From NCBI GenBank assembly GCA_043228905.1, contig JBHGNT010001151.1:1-11514 (forward strand): a stretch of DNA of 11,514 bases. The letters are read 5' to 3'. Positions 9,550 through 11,514 of the stretch are shown piece after piece. The position numbers were made by a program, and so were the translations under genes. Numbering within the stretch: the stretch's first letter is position 1; each line of letters starts with the position of its first letter. The stretch is from Azolla caroliniana. Taxonomy: Eukaryota; Plantae; Polypodiophyta. Under the pieces are notes generated by a model. That model was not told the DNA's origin. It ran no database searches and saw nothing but the letters and a program-made list of their open reading frames with translations.

Positions 9550-9678
9550 TCAATTGAGTGAATTGGCCACATAAGCAAGAATTCAAATGACTAGAGCATC
9601 ATGCATAGTCTTTAAACTTTGGCACACCATGGACCATTCAATTGAGTGAATTGGCCACATAATCAAGAATTCGAATGA
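9550..9678. repeat. 41-bp direct repeat pair with a 47-bp spacer
   Basis: 9550-9590 and 9638-9678 match at 39/41 positions (TCAATTGAGTGAATTGGCCACATAA..). Confidence 0.93.
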
Positions 9679-11514
9679 TGTCAACAAGTAAAGTCCTCCT
9701 ATCATGTGCTAGGGATGTGTTTTGCTTGTTCATTCACATTTTGCTTAGGAGAACTTATGAGCATTTGCAATGGTATTTCTTTTAATTGCATGAAATTGAA
9801 TCATAACCCTCCCCTAGCCATCACCCCATGCACAAAGAACTTGGTATTTCTCACGATGCTCACGTTTAATTACTTCTTTACCATTGACCACCATTGGTAT
9901 TATACATTTATTGATTTAACCCATGGAAATTTTACATTCCATTATTCCCTAAATGTTCTCATCAAGACATTCTTTGGTTGCAAATGTGAGATACTTGCAT
10001 GGCAAACATATGTAGAGGTATGACCACAATCTTGATTAAGCCCCTCCCTACATCCTAGATGGAGGTCATCTTGCAAGTCACTACCTTCTTGATCCAAAGA
10101 TAGTCCAACCTAGAATGTTATCTTCCATTTGAACATATATTGGATGGTAATTATTGTTTTGTTTGCAAAGAATCATATACAAACACCTTATAAATGTTTA
10201 AGATTTAAATAAGGTAATTGATAGGTAAGAGCAATTTGCTTGAATATATTTTTCTTTTATAAAACCATGGATGGTGATAAAACACACCCCACAACAACAA
10301 GTCCCCTTCATCATAAATCGCTATTAGGGAAATCCAACATCTCATTGTCACCTCTCCATTAAAGCATATATTTTAAATATAAATGGACCGACAATAACAA
10401 TAAGTCTACGATTGAACAAGCGAATATATGAAGCAATGAATTGAGGCGATGGAGAAAGTGTAACCACCCAAATTATTATGATGATAAACAAAAGATTGTT
10501 GACCACCTTCCTCTTCTACGTCGTATTCGTCGAGTGATATGAAGAACTATTGGACTGAAAATTAGTTTGTGTGTGTGATATGCACGCAAGTGCACACACA
10601 AGCGAGATTGTTTAATTATTCTTAAAACATACTATTATAATTTATTATTATTGATTCAAAATCATCTTCCTCCCACCACACAAGCACACACAAGAATACT
10701 ATTTTTTCATTACAAGTCTTGACTATGCAAAACACTAACCATTTTTTTTTGATAAAAAAACACTAATCATAGTAAATTAGCCTCTATTTACTACTTACTC
10801 TTATTGACATTTATAAATTATATCATAAATAAAATGCTCAAAATGAAGGTAAATCTTATTTATCTTTTCCATTTCAATGACAACATCTTCATTTTTTTAA
10901 GATGGTTTTTTTGGGGTGGGGTGGGGTCACGGATGGACTATGGGAAAATAGTTACCGAAATAACTAGGGAATGCATGCAATTTTCATGTTTCACTTTGCA
11001 ACTGGCAAAGTAATGTAGAATGTCACTTGACAAAAGACTCGGTAAGAGAGCTCACTTGAAAGATTGATCAAGCTTTTTTATTTACAAGATTGATTCAACC
11101 TCTTTGTTCTAGTAAGAAAAAGATGGCCCAAATAATGCCATTAATATGTAAATTTATTTTTGAGTTGAACCAAGGATAAAAGTGTGTATCAAAGGCTGCA
11201 ATCCCTTAAAATGTTTTGATGAGTATAATGATGCCAAGATCCCTTTAAACAGTCTAAATATAAGACATTGCAACAATTTTCATCAAAGGTAGATTGAATA
11301 GTACATGGCCATCCATTAGGAAGAAATCATCCTTTTCTCATAGCATGTCCATAACATTCTCTTTGCATTGATGTGTTATCCCGCGGTAAAAGATGAATTG
11401 AATGAGTATTCCCAATGTCATCAGTCCACACATCATTTCCTTGCTTCCTAAAAGCAGCATATTTCAGCCTCATGGCCTCAACCTTTTCTTCATCCTCTTT
11501 CATGCCAGCATCGG

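Larger units (their letters stand above)
7480..10000 (-). mobile_element. Highly degenerate Mutator-like (MuDR/MULE) transposase remnant
   Basis: Colinear decayed motifs on the minus strand: LTFATKECLDENI (9990-9952); VNGKEVIKREHREKYQVLC (~9890-9830); RILAYVA..KKHA* (~9585-9497); HLQIDGA (8998-8978, first-catalytic-Asp-like); RHNMAGNFVVSLKQMLL (8366-8316); SWIM-like HLGTLTCERG/MP*KHM (~8120-8058); knuckle-like ICSS..EGYNA (~7530-7500). Many stops and frameshifts; boundaries approximate. Confidence 0.65.

Noticed and set aside
9550-9678. CRISPR-like repeat-spacer-repeat
   Set aside because: Only two repeats, eukaryotic intron-containing context, no cas genes; the repeat is transposase-derived sequence.
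7811-10823. Putative MULE terminal inverted repeats (7811-7829 versus 10807-10823)
   Set aside because: Short and almost purely A/T, does not extend, no TSD, and transposase-like motifs continue left of 7811.
10913-10944. GGGGTGGGGTGGGG possible G-quadruplex
   Set aside because: Only three close G-tracts; the fourth is 15 nt away.

Overview
Eukaryotic, land-plant-type genomic DNA (AT-rich, spliceosomal introns; species not identifiable). The left third carries one minus-strand, four-exon NPH3/RPT2-like (NRL, BTB/POZ-NPH3) gene: exons 4180-4122, 3148-3079, 2988-1784 and 1454-915. As sequenced, exon 3 lacks about 25 nt encoding the conserved BTB segment GGxxxFEL. This puts a TAG stop at 2886-2884, giving a 77-aa product instead of about 632 aa, while the rest of the frame is intact. 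Introns 1 and 3 are largely degenerate tandem repeats, and intron 3 holds extra copies of its own splice-junction sequence. Upstream are two candidate uORFs, an (AG)12 tract and a ~315-bp T-rich heptamer array. The right half contains a heavily decayed minus-strand Mutator/MuDR-like (MULE) transposase relic (~7480-10000) plus small repeats. I found no convincing evidence of a new multi-gene system. The most notable items are the NRL frameshift, the junction-duplicating intron repeats and the fossil MULE. All family assignments come from manual motif recognition, not database searches.
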